NCBI GenBank assembly: GCA_018819225.1
Contig: JAHJQN010000007.1
Span: 1-64,000 of the forward strand
Origin: Candidatus Micrarchaeota archaeon
GTDB taxonomy: Archaea > Micrarchaeota > Micrarchaeia > Norongarragalinales > SBBD01
DNA: 64,000 bases
Reading direction: 5' to 3'
How positions within the stretch are numbered: position 1 is the stretch's first letter; each line of letters opens with the position of its first letter. Below are positions 8,834 through 18,000 of this stretch, one piece after another. A program made the position numbers and the translations under genes. The notes beneath the pieces were generated by a model. That model made no database searches. It was not told where the DNA came from and was given only the letters and a program-made list of their open reading frames with translations.

Positions 8834-9604
8834 CTAAACTCGTTTTTTTCCTTCCTTTTTCATGGCCTCCCGCACGGAACGGATCTTCTTGCGAATATCC
8901 CCTCCTTCAAATGCCGTGCCGATTTGAATGCCGTCCGCACCCGCCGCAATCACTTCCGCGGCTTGCTTCGGCGAGCGTATACCCCCCGCACAGAAGTACA
9001 CGACATCGTCACTGCATGCTTTTGCAATCGAAGCAATCATCTCGTTTGGAACCGGCTCCGGCGCACCGCTTCCCACATCCGAAATCAATACGTGGCTCCC
9101 AGAGAATCTCGCGGATAACGCACACGCCGCAGCCAAATCCGCTCGCGCACGCGGCACCAGGTTCGCGTTTCCGATCCATCCGACCGCTTGACCCGGTTCA
9201 ACGACTAAATAACTGGTGGGAATCGCCTCGATTTTCGAGCGATATACGACGGGAGCCGCCTGAATCTGCGCCGTCGAAAGCCAGTACACGTCCCGCGAGT
9301 TCATCATCTGCATGAAGTACACGGCGTCGGCGTGATGCGTTAAACCCGAAATGTTTCCAGGAAATAACACGACGGGAATCTTGACTTCCTCCTTGATCAT
9401 GCGTACGGTTTCATCCAATTGCGAGCCTTGCGCACCCAAACTCCCGCCAATCAAGATCACGTCGCTTCCTTCCTCGTACGCGGCCTTCGCGATTTCGACT
9501 CCGCGTTCCAAGAAACTTTTATCCGGGTCGATAAGGGAACACAATAAGCAGCCTTCGCTCTCCAGCTTTTCTTTGTAATACCGTTCCGTCTTTCCGGGCT
9601 TCAT
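8834..9604 (-). CDS. Geranylgeranylglyceryl phosphate synthase (PcrB/GGGPS family)
   Basis: LIDPDK, ILIGGS, PVVLFPG, SYLVVEPG, GSGA, GGIRS motifs. Confidence 0.92.
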   Translation of the reverse strand: MKPGKTERYYKEKLESEGCLLCSLIDPDKSFLERGVEIAKAAYEEGSDVILIGGSLGAQGSQLDETVRMIKEEVKIPVVLFPGNISGLTHHADAVYFMQMMNSRDVYWLSTAQIQAAPVVYRSKIEAIPTSYLVVEPGQAVGWIGNANLVPRARADLAAACALSARFSGSHVLISDVGSGAPEPVPNEMIASIAKACSDDVVYFCAGGIRSPKQAAEVIAAGADGIQIGTAFEGGDIRKKIRSVREAMKKEGKKRV

Positions 9605-9663
9605 GAAAATGCACCGTTAGCGATAACGGAAAATCGATTTAAAAAGCGCTTCCCCTAATGCCG

Positions 9664-9783
9664 TTATGAAACGGGGACAAGGCGCATTCGAGTACGTTCT
9701 GCTGATGGCCGGCGTGCTGCTCATCGTCGTACTCTCCGTCGCCGTATTCCGCGGACTCTCCGGAAAAAGCCTGGTTCAAATCC
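9664..9783 (+). repeat. 120-bp exact direct repeat, copy 1 (pilin N-terminus cassette)
   Basis: Identical to 10559-10678. Confidence 0.95.
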
Positions 9784-10508
9784 AAGAAAGCACGGAGAAA
9801 ATCGAGGATCTTAATTGTCTTCCGCATTACTGGAAAAGCCAACACGAAACCATTCTAGCATACCGCATGAATGAAGGCAGTGGAAGCATCGTGCATGATC
9901 AAGGCCCGAAGCAAAACCACGGCGACGTAACGGGAGCGGAATGGGCGACCGACATTTGTAAGTTTGGCACGTGTTTGAAGTTCGATGATGACGATGACCA
10001 AGATCAAATCGTTCCCGAACAAATGGTGGCATTAGGCCCGGACGGAATCACCGTCATGTTATGGTATACTGCCGATGGCTATCAGACAGATGATCTGCAG
10101 CCCATTCTATTCCGAGGCAGTCCGTCTTTATCATTCATGTTTGACTTATCGGTTCCCGGAGGAGGGCCCGCGTCCAAACTGCAGGGAAACCTTCGATTCG
10201 TTGTGGCTACGGCTTCCGGAGCCGCAAGAGACGGTACGGACGAATTTCAGTTAAACCCCAACGAACCGGCCCACATTGCATTTACGTATGACGTAGCAAC
10301 GCAAGAAAAAGAGATTTACATCAACGGGGAACGTCAAGGAGTCAATCCAACAGGGAGTGGCGCCATATTGACGACTCCCGGCACCATCGTCATTGGAAAC
10401 CGTATGGATACCATGTTTCTAAACGGACGGGTCAGTGATCTAGCTGTATACAGCCGAGCGCTCACCCAACGAGAAATCCAGCAACAAATGTGGTGCTCGG
10501 TCCGTTGA
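9666..10508 (+). CDS. Class III signal peptide (pilin-like) protein with LamG domain
   Basis: MKRG|QGAFEYVLL; MNEGSGSIVHD, HIAFTYD, IYINGE, LAVYSRALT LamG motifs. Confidence 0.88.
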   Translation: MKRGQGAFEYVLLMAGVLLIVVLSVAVFRGLSGKSLVQIQESTEKIEDLNCLPHYWKSQHETILAYRMNEGSGSIVHDQGPKQNHGDVTGAEWATDICKFGTCLKFDDDDDQDQIVPEQMVALGPDGITVMLWYTADGYQTDDLQPILFRGSPSLSFMFDLSVPGGGPASKLQGNLRFVVATASGAARDGTDEFQLNPNEPAHIAFTYDVATQEKEIYINGERQGVNPTGSGAILTTPGTIVIGNRMDTMFLNGRVSDLAVYSRALTQREIQQQMWCSVR

Positions 10509-10558
10509 CATCTAACCCCATAACAGAAAACTATATCTACCGATGCGTCTTAGTGGTA

Positions 10559-10678
10559 TTATGAAACGGGGACAAGGCGCATTCGAGTACGTTCTGCTGA
10601 TGGCCGGCGTGCTGCTCATCGTCGTACTCTCCGTCGCCGTATTCCGCGGACTCTCCGGAAAAAGCCTGGTTCAAATCC
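10559..10678 (+). repeat. 120-bp exact direct repeat, copy 2
   Basis: Identical to 9664-9783. Confidence 0.95.
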
Positions 10679-11421
10679 GAGAAAACGTGGAAACCGTCGG
10701 GCGATTCGTTTGCTATCCTCTTTATTTGAAAGAGCCAAGCATTGGAGAAATCGTCTGGAAAATGAATGAAAATGGCGGCAACATATTGCACGATGAAACG
10801 ATTCCAAGAATCAACGGGTTATTGGGAGACGGGGAAGCGAGCAGGATGCCGACTTGGCGGAATACCGCTGAATGCAAGTACCCCCCGTGCCTTCGTTTTG
10901 ACGGATTGGACGATATTGTGGTTAGCGAATCCTCACCGAATGTGTCAGGGGCCAACGGATTCACGTATGAATTCTGGGTTTTGTTCGAGGATATGGGAAG
11001 CGGCCATACCGCGTATATCGCCAATAAAGTAAGCACGTTCAACATTTTCATACGACAAACCGACATCGCCATTACGCCTCAAGGAAGCGTTCCGGCAGGC
11101 GTTGAGTTCCACTTCTTTCCACAAGGAGAGGCGTTAACGGTGAGCGACCCGGAAACCGTTTACACGCTGACTCCCCACCATATTTTGGTCACGTACGATG
11201 CGGGTACGAAAACCGCTCGGCTCTATATTGACGGAAGGCTCATTGGGGAGGATACGGCAAGTGGAACCGGGGCGATCGTCGATACCGGAACCCGCCTCTA
11301 CGTCGGAGGATTTCCCGGACTGGATTTGTCCGTGCAGGGAATGATCGATGAAGTGCGATTGCTGACTCGCGGCGTTAATGAAGAAGAGGTCCAGGACCTG
11401 TTTCAATGCACGGTGACCTAA
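10561..11421 (+). CDS. Class III signal peptide (pilin-like) protein with LamG domain, paralog 2
   Basis: Same first 39 aa as paralog 1; LRFDGLDD, HHILVTYD, LYIDG, GMIDEVRL. Confidence 0.88.
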   Translation: MKRGQGAFEYVLLMAGVLLIVVLSVAVFRGLSGKSLVQIRENVETVGRFVCYPLYLKEPSIGEIVWKMNENGGNILHDETIPRINGLLGDGEASRMPTWRNTAECKYPPCLRFDGLDDIVVSESSPNVSGANGFTYEFWVLFEDMGSGHTAYIANKVSTFNIFIRQTDIAITPQGSVPAGVEFHFFPQGEALTVSDPETVYTLTPHHILVTYDAGTKTARLYIDGRLIGEDTASGTGAIVDTGTRLYVGGFPGLDLSVQGMIDEVRLLTRGVNEEEVQDLFQCTVT

Positions 11422-11908
11422 CCGAACCCCCCGAACGCGTTTTCAGCTTCTTCCATAAACGAAGGATGTGAGCCGTATGCGATCCGTTCCAGTATATTCG
11501 TCGACAGCACGAACACTTGAAAAAGCACGTCGCGTTTTTCCAGGACTTGAACGGCACGCGTCCACGGACCCGTTGCTTGCTCGCTTGTTTCAATACCCCG
11601 TTGCACATGGAACAAATCCGCGGACTCGGAATATCGCGTTCCTTCAAACGCTTAAACGAGAATCCCGAAGCGCGACTGAATTCGAGTAACTGTTTTTCAA
11701 TATCGTTGGAGCGAATGAGAGTGCATGGAACGTAATCCGTAGCGCGTTGCGCCAACCCGCGATCCTTGGTGATCAACGACGCTTTTTCTCGAATGCATTG
11801 CTTGATGAGCGCATCATCGTCCGTGGAATCCGGAACGGAAACGGATACGCCGAATAAGCGAAGCCAGCGCGACAAGCGGGCGAGCATCACGTCCGTCACG
11901 TAGTGCAT
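11375..11908 (-). CDS. Mut7-C RNase (PIN) domain protein with Zn ribbon
   Basis: DVMLARLSRWLRLFG, LITKD, CSMCN...CSCCRRIYWNGSH. Confidence 0.88.
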   Translation of the reverse strand: MHYVTDVMLARLSRWLRLFGVSVSVPDSTDDDALIKQCIREKASLITKDRGLAQRATDYVPCTLIRSNDIEKQLLEFSRASGFSFKRLKERDIPSPRICSMCNGVLKQASKQRVRGRVPFKSWKNATCFFKCSCCRRIYWNGSHTAHILRLWKKLKTRSGGSVRSPCIETGPGPLLH

Positions 11909-11970
11909 GAACGCGGTTGAAACCGCGGCCGGTTATAAAGGCTTTTATACCGCCTTCCGGTAATGCATGC

Positions 11971-14097
11971 ATGCCCGCTCCCCGTCGACGCCCCGAGCGC
12001 AGAGAACGTGCGAAAAAGGAACCGGACGTCAAATCCCTCTACACCGAAAAATTTGATGATACGGGGTTTGAGACCCCGCCAGTACCTAAAATATCGCTCT
12101 TTATTCGCGTGACAAAATATTTCGGCAGCAAGGCCCGCGGCATGAAAGGGCCGGCGTTTACTCCGGAGCAACGCGAGCTCTTCGATTTCTTGAACTGGGA
12201 TCTCACCGCGTCCGAGTTTTACGCGACCGCTCGAAGCATCATGGTCTTCGGACTTGGAATCGGAGTCGTGCTCGGAGCCATCTTCTTTCTCTTTCTCGCG
12301 CCGATCCTCAAATTGGGAACCGATATCGCGTCGTTGGTCTCCCTCGTATTCGTACTCATCCCGTTCATGGGCAGTTTGTACTACCAACAATACCCGAAAA
12401 TGTTTGCTGAACGAGAAAAAATGCGTTCATTGGCATACGTTCCGGAAATCATCAATTATTTGGTGATGAGTCTCCGCATCAACCCGAATCTCGAGAAGGC
12501 CGTCGAGTTTGCGTCGCAACACGGAAGGGGAAAAATTTCTGACGAATTAAAGGAACTGATCTGGGACGTGCAGATTGGCAAATTCTTGAGTATCGAGGAA
12601 GGATTGGACAAGCTGGCTTACCGATGGGGAAACTACAGCGACGATTTCAAACACTCGCTCATGATCATTCGTTCCTCGGTTCTGGAAACGGATAAGGAGC
12701 GGAGAGCGCAACTCCTCGAAAAAGCAACGGCGGACGTATTGGAAGGCAGCCGAGAGAAAATGGATTTGTACGCACGCGGACTGCATCAACCCTCCGTATT
12801 CCTGTACTATTTCGGGATTTTGCTGCCGCTCATGCTCGCCATTATTCTACCCATCGCAGCCGCTTTCGTGAAAGATGTCCCTATTGCCACTAAAACCAGC
12901 ATCTTTCTCATCTACGGAGTATTGATTCCAGCCGGCATTTACGTATACGGCAACAACATCCTGGGAGGGCGGCCACCGACCTACGTCGCGCCCGAGATTC
13001 CTCCGGATTACCCCGGGCTCCCCAAGAAAGGAAACATGCGGTGGATGGGCATGCAATTCTCGTATACGCTGCTGGCCATCCTCGTGTTCTTCGGCGTATT
13101 CATGATCGGCAACGCGATCGACGGCTGGACGATGTCTCACATTGCGGAATACGAACTGGAAGAACAGCTGCGCCTGATTCCATCCGCAGAATTCGCGGGC
13201 TTCACATTCTACATCTACTCCATTTTTTCCTTGATTATTGGGACGAGTCTCGCCATATCCGTGTACCTGCTCGGCAAATACGGTGAACGCAAGAAAGTAC
13301 AGGATGAACTCCGGGCCATGGAAGGCGAGTTCAAGGATTCCGTTTACGTATTGGCGTCGCGTCTCGCCGAAAACCGGCCCATGGAAGACGCGTTGGCACA
13401 TGCCATCGAATTCCTCCCAAAAAGCAAGGTATCCAACCGCGTATTCCGAAAAGTACTGGAAAACGTGGTTTTACTCGGATTAACCCTCGAAGCCGCCGTG
13501 TTTGATCGCGTTTACGGGGCGATGCGCAACCTCCCCTCGCAAACCATTCGAAGCGGCATGCGCGTCATGGTGGATTCCGTGGAATTAGGCGTGAACACGG
13601 CCGCGAAAGCATTGATCCAACTCTCCATGCAGATCCGCAACGCGCAAAAGATCGACGAGTCGCTCAAGAAGCTATTATCCGATATTACGATGTTGCTGAA
13701 TACGATGGCCACGTTCATCGCGCCCATCGTTCTCGCGGTCGTGAGCTCGCTGCAAACCATTATCATCAACTCGCTTTCGGGCCTCGGCGGAACCTCTCAA
13801 CTGGAAAGTGCGACGGGAGGCACGCGCATCGGGGGAATGAACTTCAAAGGATTGGGAAGCGTATTGGATACGTCCAGTATTCGTGATAACTCGGCGTCCC
13901 CCGGAGAATTCTTGCTGATCATGGGCATCTACGTCATCGAAGTCGTCATTTTGTTAACGTACTTCAACTCGCAGATCGAGGACTCGAATAACAAGCTGCA
14001 CACGTACGTCAGCATCGCGAAAGCGCTACCCGTTGCCAGCGTCATTTTTGCCGTCGTGGCCTATTTTGCGAGCAGCAGTCTCAGCGGATTAGGTTAA
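11971..14097 (+). CDS. Type IV pilus/Tad platform membrane protein with two T2SSF-like halves
   Basis: PEIINYLVMSLRINPNLEKA and LASRLAENRPMEDAL repeated cytoplasmic domains, each followed by TM segments; start trimmed. Confidence 0.75.
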   Translation: MPAPRRRPERRERAKKEPDVKSLYTEKFDDTGFETPPVPKISLFIRVTKYFGSKARGMKGPAFTPEQRELFDFLNWDLTASEFYATARSIMVFGLGIGVVLGAIFFLFLAPILKLGTDIASLVSLVFVLIPFMGSLYYQQYPKMFAEREKMRSLAYVPEIINYLVMSLRINPNLEKAVEFASQHGRGKISDELKELIWDVQIGKFLSIEEGLDKLAYRWGNYSDDFKHSLMIIRSSVLETDKERRAQLLEKATADVLEGSREKMDLYARGLHQPSVFLYYFGILLPLMLAIILPIAAAFVKDVPIATKTSIFLIYGVLIPAGIYVYGNNILGGRPPTYVAPEIPPDYPGLPKKGNMRWMGMQFSYTLLAILVFFGVFMIGNAIDGWTMSHIAEYELEEQLRLIPSAEFAGFTFYIYSIFSLIIGTSLAISVYLLGKYGERKKVQDELRAMEGEFKDSVYVLASRLAENRPMEDALAHAIEFLPKSKVSNRVFRKVLENVVLLGLTLEAAVFDRVYGAMRNLPSQTIRSGMRVMVDSVELGVNTAAKALIQLSMQIRNAQKIDESLKKLLSDITMLLNTMATFIAPIVLAVVSSLQTIIINSLSGLGGTSQLESATGGTRIGGMNFKGLGSVLDTSSIRDNSASPGEFLLIMGIYVIEVVILLTYFNSQIEDSNNKLHTYVSIAKALPVASVIFAVVAYFASSSLSGLG

Positions 14098-14616
14098 CTA
14101 AAATCGCGTCCTCGGATACGGTGCCTGCGGCGGCATCGTCGGATGATAAGTTAACAACGCGACGTAACCATACGCCAGACCAACGAGTAACGGCACGATG
14201 TTCAAATCCTGCGTCACAAACACGTGGATCATGAGAATGACAATGGCCGCCACGAACGCGGGAACCGGATAGACTTCCACTACCGCCAAATCCATCGGAC
14301 TCAACGCAACGGTTGCTCCAAGCAACGCCATAATCGAAGCCGACGCATCAAACGCGAATCCGGAGCCCGAGGCCTGCAAAGAACTCCCTATCAACGAAGG
14401 CAGAATCCACAACAGCAAAAAGTGTTGTGAACCCAAACGCGTTTCAACGCCGCGGCCCAAGAAAAACAGTCCGAGTGCCGCCGGAAACAACGCGAATAAA
14501 TTCGAAAAGAAGAAAAGCGAGGTAAACAAGGAAAGCGGCGACTCCATTAAAAATGGAAACATCGTGCCCGCTATCGATATCAGAAAAACCAAGGCGAGAA
14601 CGTAGTGGTAAAGCAT
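14098..14616 (-). CDS. Rhomboid-like membrane protein, probably lacking the catalytic His
   Basis: LFTSLFF, GRGVETRLGSQHFLLLW, DASASIMALLG. Confidence 0.7.
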   Translation of the reverse strand: MLYHYVLALVFLISIAGTMFPFLMESPLSLFTSLFFFSNLFALFPAALGLFFLGRGVETRLGSQHFLLLWILPSLIGSSLQASGSGFAFDASASIMALLGATVALSPMDLAVVEVYPVPAFVAAIVILMIHVFVTQDLNIVPLLVGLAYGYVALLTYHPTMPPQAPYPRTRF

Positions 14617-14867
14617 TACTTCTTGCCGCCTGCCTCGGGAGGAAGCTGGCCGACGGGAATTTCCACGAAGCGCACGTTATCATCCTTCAACGTGTAGATC
14701 ACGCGAATCACTCCGGAAACCATTTGGCTGTCGTTCAGCTTATCGAAATACGCGAGCGTCGTATCTTCTTTCACTCCAACCGCGCCTTCAAAAACGGCGT
14801 CAATGGGCGTAAACCCCGCTTTTTTGAGTAGATCAATTGTCTTAAGTACTTCATCCTTGATTTTCAT
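14616..14867 (-). CDS. Small hypothetical protein
   Basis: GGTGA RBS; TAATG coupling to the rhomboid-like gene. Confidence 0.7.
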   Translation of the reverse strand: MKIKDEVLKTIDLLKKAGFTPIDAVFEGAVGVKEDTTLAYFDKLNDSQMVSGVIRVIYTLKDDNVRFVEIPVGQLPPEAGGKK

Positions 14868-14963
14868 CCGTTTCACCCCGCAAAACCGCAGGTATTACGG
14901 GAATAGCTTTAAATAGGTTTGTTCCATCTTTTGCCTACCCACCCAAAAATCGAGGGATTCCGC

Positions 14964-15122
14964 ATGACAGTAAAAGGCGACGAACTCGTACACAATTGCC
15001 GAAACTGTTTTTCCCAGCACGGCTATGGCATCAACCTGCAGAAAAACGGGGAAGGATTCGAATGCCCGCACTGCCACTCGCACTACCTATGCGAGCACGG
15101 CTACATGAAGCGCGTGAATTGA
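14964..15122 (+). CDS. Small Zn-ribbon protein
   Basis: CRNC...CPHC; GAGG upstream; divergent TTTAAATA promoter region. Confidence 0.7.
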   Translation: MTVKGDELVHNCRNCFSQHGYGINLQKNGEGFECPHCHSHYLCEHGYMKRVN

Positions 15123-15169
15123 GCGAGCGTATCGAAACGCATTAAACGGGATTTGCAGAAAATACGGTT

Positions 15170-15742
15170 ATGCCTAAAGCCCGCGAGGAACGCGAACTCA
15201 TCCACCACGCGATCACGCAACATCACTTGCCGAACCCCCGATTCGCGATCGCGCGCAAGGAGTTAATGACCAAAATGCAGGAAGCGTCCGTGCAAGCCGC
15301 GATTGCAGGCGTTCTCGGATTGCGCTGGGAACGCCGCACTCCAACACCGGGCCGGACGACGCGTAAAGAAGAATTGCGGCACATGCAGTTATTAGACGCG
15401 CCCCACCCCCGACAACACTACATTGACGGACTGCAAGAGTTACTTGCACAAACGGGAAAGAATGCCCGCGATATGGACGAGAGAACGCGCAGAAAACACG
15501 CTCGCGTCATTGTCACGCGCGTCAGACGAATCGCCTTGCTGGGACGGCGTCAATTTGAGAAGTCGCTCGGGATCCAGCAAATGATTCGCCCAGACGAAGC
15601 GCTCCGGTTATTCCGAACAGCTGTTGCAGGCGTACACCAGAGGGCCCGGTCATTAAGAGCCGAACCGGAATTCACGTCCGTATTCCGATCCTACACCGGA
15701 ATGCGCTCATGGAAGGAACGGGAACGAAGAGGAAAAAAGTAA
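15170..15742 (+). CDS. Arg-rich hypothetical protein
   Basis: 190-aa ORF filling the gap, preceded by a promoter-like CGAAACGCATTAAA. Confidence 0.6.
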   Translation: MPKAREERELIHHAITQHHLPNPRFAIARKELMTKMQEASVQAAIAGVLGLRWERRTPTPGRTTRKEELRHMQLLDAPHPRQHYIDGLQELLAQTGKNARDMDERTRRKHARVIVTRVRRIALLGRRQFEKSLGIQQMIRPDEALRLFRTAVAGVHQRARSLRAEPEFTSVFRSYTGMRSWKERERRGKK

Positions 15743-15776
15743 CCCCCTTTTAATCCTTCAAGTCCTGAATGCCCTA

Positions 15777-16373
15777 ATGCCTGACGAAACGCCTAATAAA
15801 GAACCGCGCGTGGAACCGCAGAAGGATCCGGAAAAGCAGTACACGGAACGCGAAGTAGAAAACATGTTCAAGGAAGCGGGCAAGCGCGGCGCCATCCTCG
15901 TACTCCTACACTTCGATGCATACGGAACCGACAAGGAAATCATCAAGCAAGCACTCGTCGACCTCGTCGGCCGCGTCACGAATGAAGCCGGAGTCATTTA
16001 CTGCCGCGGCGAAATCGAAGAAGTCATTGAAAAGGAGAACGCAGGCAAAAAACAATACTCCACGTTCACGGAAATCAAAGTCTTGTTTGAAAGCATCAGT
16101 CGCGCCGTATCCTTGTGCATGAAATACGCGCCCATCGCCATCGAAGTGCTGGAACCCAAAGAGTTGAAACTCAAGGCCAACGAAATACAAAACCTCATGC
16201 TGGACGCCAGCGGGGTCTCGCAACAGTTTACCGCCTTCTATATGGAGAAGCTCTTGAAAGGAGAAGAAAAAGAAGAATTCCAGAAAAATTTGAAGGAACG
16301 CGCCGAGCACGGAAAGGCCGCATTGAAAAAAGCGGAGGAGAACGCGAAAACAGCGGACGAACCAAAACAATAA
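15777..16373 (+). CDS. Hypothetical protein
   Basis: 198-aa ORF with normal composition, upstream of scpA. Confidence 0.75.
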   Translation: MPDETPNKEPRVEPQKDPEKQYTEREVENMFKEAGKRGAILVLLHFDAYGTDKEIIKQALVDLVGRVTNEAGVIYCRGEIEEVIEKENAGKKQYSTFTEIKVLFESISRAVSLCMKYAPIAIEVLEPKELKLKANEIQNLMLDASGVSQQFTAFYMEKLLKGEEKEEFQKNLKERAEHGKAALKKAEENAKTADEPKQ

Positions 16374-16428
16374 ATAGGAGGGGCACGTCCTAATTACTTC
16401 CGAAACACCCCATCTTCGGAGATTCACT

Positions 16429-17088
16429 ATGGATATCCTGTCGCTCGTTCACGAGCCCAGTTGGAGAGAAATCATGCTCGAAGCCATTCAAAAAGAGCAG
16501 ATGGACCCGTGGGACGTGGACATCGCGAAAGTCGCGGACGCATACATGAAGCAAGTGCGCCGCATGAATGAAATGGACTTGCGCGTGCCCGCCAACGTCA
16601 TCCTGGCTTCCGCGCTCCTGTTACACTATAAGGCGCAGGCATTGAAGCTCGAGGAAGAACCGGAAGAAGAACCGGAAACGTTCATGCCGTTGATGGAGGA
16701 CGAGATTCCACAGCTTGCCTACAACCCGAACCGCGCGCGCGCCCGCATCGTCACCCTTCAAGAAATCATGGAGGCCGTAGAAGACGTATTAAAACAAGGT
16801 CCGCGACACCTTCCGCGACCCGAACGCCCCATGCCCATGAACGTGAACCTCCCGAAAGAAAGCATGCCGGACTTGATGAAAAAAGTGTACGATCGCTCCA
16901 AAAAACTACGCGACAAAGAAAATATTCTCCTATTTTCAGCGCTGGTTCAAAGCTTTAACGGCCACGGAACGCCCGCCGCCGAACTCGTTTCGCACAACCT
17001 CATTCCCGTCCTGCACTTGGTGCAAGATGATAAGATGCTCGCATGGCAAGACGCGCTGTTTGGCGAAATCTTTCTGAAAGTCAGCTAG
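16429..17088 (+). CDS. scpA: Segregation/condensation protein A (kleisin)
   Basis: MDPWDVDIAKVAD, ILASALLLHYKA, LHLVQD...QDALFGEIFL. Confidence 0.88.
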   Translation: MDILSLVHEPSWREIMLEAIQKEQMDPWDVDIAKVADAYMKQVRRMNEMDLRVPANVILASALLLHYKAQALKLEEEPEEEPETFMPLMEDEIPQLAYNPNRARARIVTLQEIMEAVEDVLKQGPRHLPRPERPMPMNVNLPKESMPDLMKKVYDRSKKLRDKENILLFSALVQSFNGHGTPAAELVSHNLIPVLHLVQDDKMLAWQDALFGEIFLKVS

Positions 17089-17797
17089 TGCAGTCTTGAG
17101 GACAGTTCTCCGCGTTTTCTACAGGGGGACAATCCGCGCCCGCACAACTCACTTCCTGACAATACCCGTCCCCGCAATGCTTGTTAAAGAAACGCAGTTG
17201 GTATTGAGGGAACGAGAGCGCCTTCACCAACGGGGAAAAGGAATAAGAACCCTTAACATACTGCAGTGACGCGAGATCGATATCGACCACGACCTGCGTG
17301 GTTTCGCCGGGAAGTACCTTGAACGAATAAGCGACCTCCACTTTTTTCGTCGGCGTAGAGACTTTCTGCTCCTGTAACTTGGACTCGCACGCCCGCCCCT
17401 GGTCCTGAAACGGCAAGCGCAAGCAATCCGTTGGAACGACCGAAAAAACTGCTTTCGCCGACTTCAACTTGAAACGGAGTTTCGGGTATTCGCCGGGATC
17501 CAAGCGCGCCGAAAACAAGAGTTCCGTCTGATTAGCCAACGCCACAAGATCCAACTCCTTCCGATTCCGGGAAACCATTTTCCAGCTGCCCTCCTGCAGG
17601 ATTTCCACCTCACCAATAGCGAGATACAAGCGAGCCAACCCGGCATACGGCGCATCCACAACGTAGACCTCCAATACCCCGGCGTCCGCTGAAGAGGGTT
17701 GAATGGTAGAGGCAAAGGGGTTGGAAAGGTAACGGGACGTGCAGCCCGCCAGTAATAAAAAGAGAAGCGGCATGATCCATAGGATACGGGAGTACAT
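17081..17797 (-). CDS. DUF4382-like lipoprotein with Cys-rich C-terminus
   Basis: LLAGC lipobox, VVDAP, LDPGEYPKLR, VVVDIDL; CGDGYC...ENCPQDC. Confidence 0.75.
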   Translation of the reverse strand: MYSRILWIMPLLFLLLAGCTSRYLSNPFASTIQPSSADAGVLEVYVVDAPYAGLARLYLAIGEVEILQEGSWKMVSRNRKELDLVALANQTELLFSARLDPGEYPKLRFKLKSAKAVFSVVPTDCLRLPFQDQGRACESKLQEQKVSTPTKKVEVAYSFKVLPGETTQVVVDIDLASLQYVKGSYSFSPLVKALSFPQYQLRFFNKHCGDGYCQEVSCAGADCPPVENAENCPQDCTS

Positions 17798-17861
17798 GAA
17801 AGGAGAAAACGCTGCAGGCTATAAAAAGCTGGCGGGTAGCAAAAAGGCCTAAAAACAAAAG

Positions 17862-17992
17862 TTTATAAAAATCAAACCCCGTATATACAACCGCTAATAA
17901 CGGTAAACGGTATCAAATGGCATACGCGTTATGCTGCGATTCCGTTTAAGGCCTTCCACGCGAAGGCCAAAAAAATTTTGTTTTAGAGGTGT
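17862..17992 (+). promoter_or_regulatory. Thermosome promoter and structured 5' leader
   Basis: TTTATAAAA at 17862; hairpins at 17904-17948 and 17950-17968; GAGGTG RBS. Confidence 0.55.
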
Positions 17993-18000
17993 AAAGATAT

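Noticed and set aside
9664-11421. Shufflon or DGR
   Set aside because: Repeats are direct, not inverted; no recombinase or reverse transcriptase; no adenine-specific differences
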